Positions 34,041 to 54,930 of a stretch of DNA of 64,000 nucleotides are shown in pieces. This DNA comes from Guillardia theta CCMP2712 (taxonomy: Eukaryota > Protista > Cryptophyta). The notes below the pieces were generated by a model. That model saw nothing but the letters and a program-made list of their open reading frames with translations, was not told where the DNA came from and searched no databases. Within the stretch, counting starts at the first letter, position 1. Each line of letters opens with the position of its first letter. The stretch is from the NCBI RefSeq assembly GCF_000315625.1, contig NW_005434667.1, positions 30,936-94,935 on the forward strand, given 5' to 3'. A program made the position numbers and the translations under genes.

Positions 34041-34442
34041 TCCTTCTCATTCAACCTGTAAGATAGCAAGGCTCCCCTGCTTTCTCCCTCTTCCCCTCAA
34101 CTAGCGACTCTTCTGACCCTCATCGCCTCGCACTTTCGATCTGAGAGTCACATCATTTTCATGTCTGTCTCAATGAATGATGACAAACGTCGCTCGCCCC
34201 TGCCAAAAACACGATGAAACCAAACAAGTCCCCCTCAGAGGCAGATATACAGAACAGGAAAGGCAGCAGATTTGACCCCATTCAGAATCTTAACTGACTT
34301 TTAGTATTAATAAAGAAATTGAGCAAAGCTTCAAGTGGATTAGGCGGTTGGAGAGTGTTTTTCGAACAAAGGGCGTGTGAAGGCGTGTAGAGTGTGAGTG
34401 AGTGCGGGGGAGGAGGGAGGAGACGAGAAAACACGATGGCAC

Positions 34443-36337
34443 ATGAAAGAGCGACATGTTATGTTGTTTGCTCTCCGCTCTTCTCATGGTTCTGATTGCA
34501 GGCTCAAGTTTTCAGCTGCTCGATGCTTGCCGAGTGCGAGGCACAAGTGCGGCAGGAGAAAAGGCGACAACAGAAGGTGAAGAAACTGGCAGCTCTTCCT
34601 CGACCTCCCGAGCTCTGTCAAGACTTTCTGAGCACAGAACCATGCTTCGTTTCTCCTTCGGATGTAAAATGTCTGTGCAGGCTACACCAGGACGACGCTG
34701 TTTCCAATGTAATCCCGGCAAACATTAGGCTGGATCGAAGCCCCTTTGTGATAGGACGAGACTCCACCAGCAATGTCGACGCTTGTCTCTTGCATCCCTT
34801 TGAAGAAAAAATGATTTCTCGCTTCCATGCCATCTTTCGTCTCCGAAAGCATCAAGACGCCAAGGAGAGCTGCTGGGAGGTTTTTGATCTCCAGAGCTTG
34901 AATGGATTGTTTGTTAATGGGAAGAAGATTTCACATACTATTCTTCGAGATGGAGATGTTGTCATATTTGGATGCACTTCACGTACAGGGACAAACAAAC
35001 ATGCTCAGATTCCATCCATGATGAGCTTCAGATTCTGCTCAGATCAGTCTAACGATGCCACAAATGTCAGGCAGAAACGTTCACTACAGAGAGGTGAAGG
35101 GGAGAGTCTGCAAATGCAGAAGCGCGTATGCCCGTCGGACAACTTGAGTCATCGCGAGGGCAACGTCAAGTCTCGCATCCCTCTTTCTCCCCTCGTCAAC
35201 AGGCAGGCCACAAGCCCTCGCGGGTCAAAAACTCCCAACATGTATCTCGATGCTCAATGCGTCGGTGGAGATCTAGTCTGTCCGATCTGTCAGGACTACA
35301 TGGTGGCCTGTACCTCCTTGCAATGCTCACACTTGTGATGATTGTTGACTCTTGTTATCTTTCCTTGCTGATTGTGATCAGGTTCTGCAACGCATGTATT
35401 CACACGTGGTTGAGGTGATGTCTAGGGGGGTCTTGTGGCGTTAGAATGATTCTGTTCCAGCAAGCATAAATGCTGTCCAGTCTGCAGGAAAGAGATTGAA
35501 ACGTTGGAAGAACCCATACGGATGAGAGTTGTTGACTCGGTTCGTCGTTGCTGTCTTTTTCGTACTTCCACTCGCTTCCTTTCCTGCTATCCCCTGCCTT
35601 CCTCACCCCCTTTCCTGTCTTCCCTTCCCTTAACCTGTCCTCTCCTCCCCTTGTCTTGGGTTGCTGAAATCTCCTCTGCTACTTGGTAGATGATAGAGAA
35701 ACTTGCCCCGCACCTTCCGAAAGAGGATCAGGAATCGCTGCGAGCGAGGAAGGGAACCTACGACAACGAGGACGCGACGGCAAGCGCATGAAGAGAAGAG
35801 GCTGATGCTGATCGAGCGGCAGAACAAGCGCAGGGCGCAGGAGCTTGAGATCAACATCCGAGACACCGGAAAGGCAAACTTGCTTCATGTAGGAATGGGC
35901 CGCTGGTCGGAGGAGCAGTCAAGGAACTTCATTGGAGGAACCGAATATTACAAAGTGAGAAGGGAGACGTGAAAGCACTGCTGACGTGCGGGCAGGGCCG
36001 AGCAAGACAAGTGTACTGCAGCAGTGCGGGGTTTGACCGACGTTTCATCGAGGGAGCGAGCAGGGAAGAGCTGGAGAGAGCGACAGACAACTTGAAGCTC
36101 CAGGGAAACCACGGTAACCCCTCATCCCTACTGTCATCATCCGCCTCTCCCCTCCTTCCGTGTCTTCCTCCTCCGCTTCTTGCTCCGTCTTTGACAAGCT
36201 CTTGAGCAGGTGCGGCAACAGAGGTCAGTAGCAGAAGCTCTGCGTCTAGTCTCATATTGCCGCAGACTCGCACAACACAGAGCATGCGGCAGACGTTGTG
36301 GTTGTTCCTCGCCTGGGGCTTCCGACATGGAAGATGA
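34443..36337 (+). CDS. FHA + RING-HC E3 ubiquitin ligase (RNF8/CHFR-like architecture)
   Basis: FHA: FVIGRD...MISRFHA...DLQSLNGLFVNG...LRDGDVVIFG. RING: CPICQD...LQCSH|FCNACI..W..|..CPVCR. Includes a probable GC-AG intron at 35780-35822. Confidence 0.85.
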
Positions 36338-36857
36338 GGAAGAAGAATTATAATGATGTAAAGAATCGAATGTGACAGGTCAAACGTACAAAGGAAGTTG
36401 AAGATAAGTAGCTCGAACATGCGAGAACAATGGCACATCCAATCCCCACTCCTTTGCTCGGTCATATCCCTCCCCCTCCCCCTCCCCCTCCCCTGATCCT
36501 TCCCTTCTCCTCTCCCTCCCTCTCCCTTCCCTTCTCCTCTCCTCTCCCTCCCTCCAGCGTTGTCCCCTTCCATTTGCACCCCTTCCCTCATATTTCCGTC
36601 CCCCGACTGCTGAGGTTTTTTATCCCCGAACAATCCGCTCGCCCCGCCCTGCTCACGCACCTTGTCGCTCCGCCTTCCCAGGGAGCAGAGGTAGACTGCG
36701 AAGGAGGCGGAGGCGGAGGCGGAGGTGACCGGGTCAGGGGCATGGAGGGGACATGGAGTTGGAATGGAGAGAAAGATGGAGAGGAAGGGAAGGGAGCTGG
36801 TGATAGTCGTGACTGGCATAGACAATGGTGAGGGTGTGAGACGAGTGAAGGCAGAGC

Positions 36858-39120
36858 ATGAGCATGAGGAAAGTTATCGTTCTTGCCCTCATACTTCAGG
36901 TGCTACTGCTCCCTCTCCCCTCCCCTCCACTCCACTCCACTCCACTCCACTCCACTCCACTCCACTCCCCTCCCCCCTCCCCTCCCCCCTAACCTCCCCT
37001 GCTCTCCCCTCCCCTCGCTTCCCCTCGCGTCCCCTCCCCATCCCTCCCGTCCTCTTCCCCCCCCCCTCTCATCTTGATACCACATGTAAGCAGTCGCATC
37101 AGGTCTCGCTCGCAGCCTCTTCTCCTCCTCCAGTTTCCTGTGATGATCTGGATCGCTCCCGCAACTTTGCCTTGGGCGGCGAGGTGGACAGCCCCGATCA
37201 GCTCGAGCAAGACTGGTGCGTTGACGCCAGAGCAGGATGCGTCGACCAGTGGGCGGCGGATGGCAACGAGAGCACATACTGGGACGAAGAGGATAATCAA
37301 AGTCAGTATCACCTGAGGATCCGGAGAAAGAAGGAGGAGGAGGAGGTCAACATCAGCGGGGTGAGCATATCAGGATACGAGCAGCACAAGTTCGCTCCTC
37401 GGTCCTTCCAGCTCGTCTGTGATGAAGCCCTGGTAGCTGATGTAGCTGATGCCCGCTACCGCAACAACGTCTTCGAGACCTGCTTCCCTCCTGTTCCTTG
37501 CCGCGTCCTCGACCTTATCATCTTCCAGTCTTACGGAAGCTCCCCGGCTGTCCGGGAGATCAAACTGCTGGCGAAGTCGCAATCGTCGGCCAGGTCAACG
37601 CATGGCAAGCTGCTCCTGCCTGCGTCAGCCCAGAGCTCCACATGTGCACATTTAGCAGGGCAACTCCTCCTGTGCTTGGGGAAGGGGAACCAGGAGGTTT
37701 GTCAAGGCGATAGGATCGCGCACTGGAACTGCATCAAGGGGGAGGCGGACGCAAGCAAGCAGGGGCTGAACGGACATCGGAGCTTGAATCGCCTCAAGGA
37801 ATACAGGTGGAGCAGCGGTGAAGAGAAGCGACGCACTGACAAGAGCGTCAGATACGGTTACCTCCTCTACAACCCCTTCGACATTTACTTCGCTGTCGCC
37901 ATCGAGCTCTACGGAGAATGGAGTGAGAAGGAGGTGGAGGTGAGGCATGGGCGTGCGGTTGTCAACGTCTCTTGACCACCAGCTGATCCGCAGCTGATGC
38001 GTCGGTACATCACGACAGGCGACTATGTGGTGGAGGCAGGAGTTCACATCGGCTCTCTCACCGTCCCCCTAGCACAACTGGTCGACAACACTCGAGGAGG
38101 AGGAGGAGGAGGAGGAGGAGGAGGAGGAGGAGGAGGAGGAGGAGGAGGAGGAGGAGGAGGAGGAGGAGGAGGAGAGTAACGGGCTCGTAGGTAGGGCCCA
38201 CAGGTCGCGTGATCGGCTTCGAACCGCAACGGGTTGTCTACCAGATGGTGAGGAGCATCTAAGTCGGTTCTGGACCTCAAGCTTGTCGTGCAGGCATCCG
38301 CCAATGTCGCTCTGAATGGATTGTGGAATGTCGTTCTCTACAACGCTGGGGCAGGGAACTCAAGCGACGCCATGCCAGTAGTGCGAGTTGCCTGCTGCTT
38401 CACTCTGAAGTGCTTTTGCCCCTCGTCTCTTCAGATGCCAATCGCATCCTACCACCCCAACGCCCTCAGAAACTTCGGCAGCGTACGCGTGGGAATGGTG
38501 CTGAACAAGCATCCTTGCGTTCCTGATGGGCTAGACCAGGTGCCGGATGAGGAGGAGACAAGTATAGAGCATGTTCGTATCATGAGTATCGATGAGCTAC
38601 AGCTTCCAGCCTGCGACTTCATCAAGGTTCGGGCCTATCCTCCTCCTCTTTCACTTACAGTCGCACGCAGATCGACGCAGAAGGTTTCGAGACGCAAGTG
38701 ATCCAAGGAGGATGGACGACAATCAGCGCGTTTCTCCCCACCATCTACTTCGAGGACAACGAGTGAGCACAGGTTCAGCTGGGGTTGAGCTAACCGAGCA
38801 TACCTACAGACTTAACGGGAGGATCGGATGCTCAGCTACCACACAGCGACTGAAGGTGACGCGGACTTGCTCGAGCTCTTCTCACTCGCAGCAGACCGAG
38901 CTCGGCTACGACTGCTACCACCATGCAGCACCATACTTCAACAGCGACAACTGGCACAAGGAGCGCATCGACTACTTCTTCGTAGGAGGTGAGGGGACGG
39001 CAAGGGGTGAGTTGAACTGAAGTGAAAGCAGGGGAGCCAACACTGTCCTACATGATCCTGTGTGTTCATGCGTCGAGAATCCTTGCACCGCCTCAGCTAG
39101 TGCAATTACCTTGCACTTGA
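36858..39120 (+). CDS. FkbM-family SAM methyltransferase with signal peptide and N-terminal F5/8C (discoidin)-like domain
   Basis: Leader MSMRKVIVLALILQ; AADGNESTYW...APRSFQL...VREIKL; LYGEWSEKE, VVEAGVHIGSLTVPLA, VIGFEPQ, ANVALNGL, NFGSV, IDEL.L..CDFIK|IDAEGFE..VIQG. Confidence 0.85.
38095..38174 (+). repeat. intronic (GGA)n microsatellite
   Basis: About 26 perfect GGA units between FkbM exons. Confidence 0.95.
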
Positions 39121-39303
39121 CAAACATTTTAGTAATTTTTTTTGTTCATTTTCGACGAAATAATTCTAACGAGGCTTTAAGAAACACTACAACCCATCTT
39201 GTTATCCCGAAAGCTCAGAAAAACGGTGAACGGAACACAGATTCCATGTGACCTGGTCAATTCAGATGCGGTCGTACATAAAATAAACAGTAGGCGGCTA
39301 AGT

Positions 39304-41575
<2,272 letters not shown>

Positions 41576-43471
41576 GGCCGAGGAAGACAGCCGCGCGCCG
41601 CACTCCTTTTTTTTCAATTTCAGAAACCCTCGAAGTTTTTCGGGCTGTCTTCAAATTCTTCAACAGCCCCTTGCAGTTTCGGGATGACCATCAACATGTT
41701 TTCAAACCCTAGCTTGAATTCACTATGAAAATTCATTGAAAATCAGAGACCTTGAGGAGGCATCCCAACACATCAAACAGTGCATTCAACAATTTTGAAT
41801 TTGAAATATCTATTCCAAACAACGAAATGCCCACCCCCGTGCTATTTCCACTACCCCACCGTCGCAATCGGATAATTTGTCATTTCCACCCGTCCATTAT
41901 AGGAAAATTTGATATATCCTTCACGTTGAATTAAGGGGTAGTGTATACCCCCACCCCATGGTGTGAACTTGGGGTATAGATCCGCTTAATAGCTACCCTA
42001 CCCTCCCAGATCCCACGGATCCTCTTAGAAAGTACCCCATACTTTCCCACCCGAACACTCATTGCAGAGGTCAAGGGTGGCGCTTGTCCCCAATGTCTAG
42101 TCACACCCACTACCCCAACATAATCTCTGTACCACCCTTCCTATCTAAAGGCATGGTACCCCCTACCCCCTAGTTCTCAATAGAATACCTGGTGTTTGCT
42201 ATCAAAAGGAGGCCAACAGCTGCATAGGACCCCTCCTTTCTACACAACACCCCAACATGCAGCAGCATGATACAGAATCCAGATTTCCTTGGAATCACCC
42301 TACCCTGTGACCTTTCGTACCCTACCCTCTATCACGATTAAGTAAACCAGTACCCCATGCTTGACCACCCCTATGGATGATCCACCCCCACGGCGCCTCG
42401 AAACTCCATAGCATGTTCCTTGCTTCTAACACCGTATGGAGCTGACTACCCCTTGTCTGACGACTACCCTACACCCACCACTGCCACTTGAACCCACGTA
42501 CCGCAACCGAACACCATGTTAGACTACCCGTACTTCTAAGCTTCCAAGTACCGGTGCATAACAATCTTTTTTGTTTGAAGTGCCGACCGTTGATGCCATT
42601 CATCATCTGTTGGATTTCCGTTATGTCTCCGTTAACCGTGACAGATGCTCCGGGCCCGGTCCGGCCCGGGCCCGGCGCCGGGCCGCCACTCAGTGACCGA
42701 TCGGACTGGGCCGGACCGTCTGACGAAGCACAGTTTTTGCTCACTGACCGAGTTTCAACAATACCCGCCACACGAAAACCAGGCCTTCGGAATCCGATCA
42801 TTGTGGGGAGCACATGACGGTCGATGATCGCGGCCCGGCCGGGCTGAGAGATAGACTGTATGCTTAGTAGGATGTGAACTCGGAAACCCGAGCATCCAGA
42901 GCACGGGGGCCGGGACTGGGAGTTGACTTTTGCCAAATCGGAGTTCCGATGGAGGCTCTCAGGCACTCCGAGCGGCTGAGCCATCGGAGCGGCAGCGAGC
43001 GGCCCGGCCCAAGTTCCTCGCCGGCCCCGGGGTTCCTGATATCTGTAACGACTTCTTGTAACCGGTAGGGTTACCGAAGGGCCATGCAGGTGACGCTGAG
43101 AAGAGAAAGGACAGAGCGGGAAGAAGGAGAGCCAAGGAGAGCCAAGGGGAAGCGAGCAAACCCGCGAGCAAGTGATCGATGAAGGCAGGGGGGAGGGAGG
43201 GATGGGGGAAACAAGTTGGGGGGGGGGAGGGGGGAGCGTGGAGAGAATGATCAAGGGAGGATGCAACTGATGTGTGGATGGAGGCATGAGGGATGAATAG
43301 GACTGAGCCTGGAAAGGTGAGTAGAATTGGTCACAGATGAGGGAAGAAATTGGTGACTAGAAATAATGATAGTTATGTCGAGAATGTCATGCAGAGTTTA
43401 GTTTTGACGAAGATTCAAGGGCTGACAGGTTTAACAGGAAATTCTTGCCTTGAAGTGAGCTCAACATCAGC

Positions 43472-44281
43472 ATGTACGGTACTGTGAGAACGAAGCTGCC
43501 GGTGTCAGAGGTGGAGGATGGTGTTGCGGTCAGAGTGCGAGTCTTAGTGGGGACGGCATTGCTTGTCGCCATGGCTGGAGTTTGTCTACTTGTACTTGTG
43601 GTGACCCAAGTCCCTCCAGCGCTGCTCCATCACTCCATGGTTAGCGTCGGGATGATTGACAAGTTTTTGAAGGCCCAGCAGCAGCTGGACGCAGCTCCTT
43701 CCATGTCCGAGCGCCTCAAGGAATTGATTGCAAGCAACAAGGCGGCAGGAGACAGGCTGGCTGCTGCAATGGAAGCGCGAGGAGGAGCAGGAGAAGCGGG
43801 AGCCGGTGGGCTGGCCCTTAACGCAGACGTGGCGAATGCCATGAAGGCTGCAGATGCTGCGATCAGGGAGGCAGGACTTCCATCGCGGAAGAGGCTTCTT
43901 GGTCGGACGAGGAGCAAGCAGCTCGAGTCTATCATGTCCGAGGGTGAGTTGCCGTCTTCGAGCAACGTCATCTCCTTGCGCAGGAGCGTCAGAAGCTCCG
44001 AGCGAGAGCTCGCGGATGTCTTGGCGGGGCAAGTGGGTGGAAGGCAAAGCCGCACAAACATGGGGCTGGACAAACTCGCGCTGGACAGCGTGAGCGAGGG
44101 CATGGCGCTGGGACTGTCTGCTCAAGCTCGCAACCCCGTGACAGGAGAGGACACTGGGTCCCTCCTTCTGCCTCCCTCGCGCGATGCGGATCAGCTGGCT
44201 GCGAGGGAGCTCAGGAAGGTTGCAGACGGAAAGATGCGGGGGGGAGGGAGCGTGTTGTCCCTGGTTGATGCTGATCACTAG
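43472..44281 (+). CDS. hypothetical type II membrane protein (269 aa), intronless
   Basis: MYGTV start, one hydrophobic span (VLVGTALLVAMAGVCLLVLVV), then Ala-rich helical region. Confidence 0.6.
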   Translation: MYGTVRTKLPVSEVEDGVAVRVRVLVGTALLVAMAGVCLLVLVVTQVPPALLHHSMVSVGMIDKFLKAQQQLDAAPSMSERLKELIASNKAAGDRLAAAMEARGGAGEAGAGGLALNADVANAMKAADAAIREAGLPSRKRLLGRTRSKQLESIMSEGELPSSSNVISLRRSVRSSERELADVLAGQVGGRQSRTNMGLDKLALDSVSEGMALGLSAQARNPVTGEDTGSLLLPPSRDADQLAARELRKVADGKMRGGGSVLSLVDADH

Positions 44282-44481
44282 GAATAAAAGCTGTAATTTT
44301 TTTCAGGCGTCCTCTCAGCAAAGTTCCGTCCTCCCGCTATTGGCTATCTTGTGCCTTGTCACTTGCTCTTGCTCCCGTCGCTTCTCTTCCCTTTCCTCTC
44401 TATCGCATCCCCTCGACCTCTACACCATCGTTTCATGCTACCGGCCACTGTTCGTTGGGTTTAGACTTTTACTGGCTTGAA

Positions 44482-52740
<8,259 letters not shown>

Positions 52741-52770
52741 AGTCAACATCGGAGAGACAAGAAGAGGCTA

Positions 52771-54221
52771 TCACTTCATCGCGATCACTCTGTTGATTTG
52801 TTCGGGGGGAGGCTGCACCAGCACTGACACATTCTTCGAAGGGTCTTGCCCTTTCATCTTTTGCATGCTACTCATCATACCAGCATTCATCGCCCCTGCC
52901 AGTCCCAACGAGCTGACGTACGCGTCTGCAAACGCTCCTACTCCTCCCATTCCTCCTTGTCCTCCCGGCAGCCCTGCTTGTGCTCCTCCTCCCATTCCTC
53001 CTTGTCCAGGGCTCATGCTTTGAGGCTGCATGCTTCCTGGAGTAGTGTATGGAGGCTTCTTGTAAATTCCTTTCTGCTGTAGAGCCGCTTGCAGCTTGAC
53101 CGGAGGTACATATCCTCTCCCCAGCATCCCAGCCCCCGCAATCCCTGCTCCTGCTCCTACTGCTCCAGGTCCTGCTCCTACACCAGGTCCTGCTCCAGCT
53201 CCAGCTCCAGCTCCAGCTCCAGCTCCAGCTCCAGCTCCAGCTCCAGCTCCAGCTCCAGCTCCAGCTCCAGCTCCAGCTCCAGCTCCAGCTCCAGCTCCTA
53301 CAGCTGCTCCGGCTCCAGCTCCGGCTCTTACCGCCCCTGCTCCTGCTCCTACCACTCCTGCCCCTGCCCCTGCCCCTGCTCCTGCTCCTGCTCCTCCAGC
53401 TCCTGCTGGGCCTACACCAGGAGGAACGTATCCCTTGCCCTGTACGGCGGGTGACCCTGTAGAAGGAGGCGCATACCCCTTCCCTTTCACAGAGCCACCA
53501 GCTCCAACCCCAGCTCCAGCTCCAGCAGGAATAGAGTCTATCGCCTTCTGTGCAGCTGGAGGGAGTCTTGCGAGCGAGGGGTCGAGGAGGGGGGTGTAAG
53601 ACATGTGGGAAGGGGGGTAAAGGACGTGCTGGGGTCTACCAGGAAGCATCACGATCCCATGAGACCCGTATTGAACCTGTTGAGGATGATGAGTGACCTT
53701 CTTCGGGGGCACGTGCTGCTGCTTCATGCTGCCTGCCGTGTAGAGCGAGTGCATGGAAGGCGGCGCCTTCCCCATCAAGCTCTGCTGTGCAAACAGCTGC
53801 TGCTGAAGGGCAGTGTTGGGAGTGACTTTCACAGCTGGACTCTTGCTCGCGGAGACTTCGACCTGCTGCTGTGCTGGATGTGGGCTCTGCGTTGCTTTCT
53901 TCTCCGGCTCCTGTGCTGCTGCTACGGTCGTGCTGCCCTTGACCTCCCCAGCCGTGACCTTGGAGGCGTCAGCTTGTGCTGCCTCTGACTTGCTCGGCTG
54001 CTCGACGACTTTGGCTGGTGCGGGTGGCGGCTGACTGATGCTCGTCGCCTGCATCGCTTGCTGCTGACTCTTGTCGCCGCTGCTGGCACCTGTTGGCTCA
54101 TTCTGTCAAAGCTTACTTCATCGGCCTAAGATAATCACCACTTGCGGGCTGAGAAGACATGCTGTGCAAATGCTCCTCCTATGCTCCTCCTATCCCCACA
54201 CCTGCAACAACAACAACTTTA
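52771..54221 (-). CDS. low-complexity Pro/Gln/Gly-Ala-rich protein region (large exon 52771-54054 plus short upstream exon)
   Basis: 427-codon ORF with a (GA)n dipeptide tract and repeated GKGY[AV]PP motif. Confidence 0.6.
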
Positions 54222-54729
54222 GCTCCCTCGCATGCACCCTCCACGCCCCTCGTCCAATGCCCGACTGAAAGCTCTGCTCCTCTATCCCAATCTCACAGCT
54301 TGCACGCTTGCGTGTGTCGATGAAGTACAGCTATCCTTGCATTTCTCCCTCTCGAATCTCAAACTAAGACTCGGTCCTTGAACGCTTTCATCGCACAGAT
54401 CCCGTCTTCGTGCATCGCGCTCCCCCCCAACCAAGCTCAGTCCTCTCCTCATCCCCGTCCTCGCAGCAATGGAAACCTGAATTGTCTGGTCTCGACTCTC
54501 CTGATTGTCCTCGTACTGATTTTTAACTTAACTTTGAGTAAAGAAAATGTCTGCCGCGTGACCGAATGCCCGCCGGGTAGAGTCGGCGACTCCCGGCTGA
54601 TGATGGCGCCGGTCGGCCCGGTAGAGTCGGCGATCGTCCGCTGAGTCATATCAGAGTCGGGGGGCCCGCCGACCCGGGCCCGCCAGCGGTGCGGTCGGAC
54701 CGTCGTACCGCCCCGCCGCCGGTGACCGG

Positions 54730-54775
54730 AACTCGTGATGAGCTCTCAGAGTCTGATCGGAGCTCATCACGAGTT
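54730..54775. repeat. perfect 16-bp inverted repeat hairpin (AACTCGTGATGAGCTC-N14-GAGCTCATCACGAGTT)
   Basis: Arms at 54730-54745 and 54760-54775 are exact reverse complements. Confidence 0.9.
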
Positions 54776-54930
54776 GATCAACACGGTTAGGTTGTTATTT
54801 ATTAATCCTTTAATCACTTAAAAGGCTCAGGAACTTTCTTGTCGATAGAGCTGGAAGCCGCTGAAGTGCGCAAAGCTGCGTTGACGGTCAGCAGGAAGCA
54901 TAAACGAAGAGCAAGTAAGGTTGCCTGTCT

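Noticed and set aside
42469-43287. 272-aa minus-strand ORF
   Set aside because: Runs through GC-rich palindromic and low-complexity DNA with no motif
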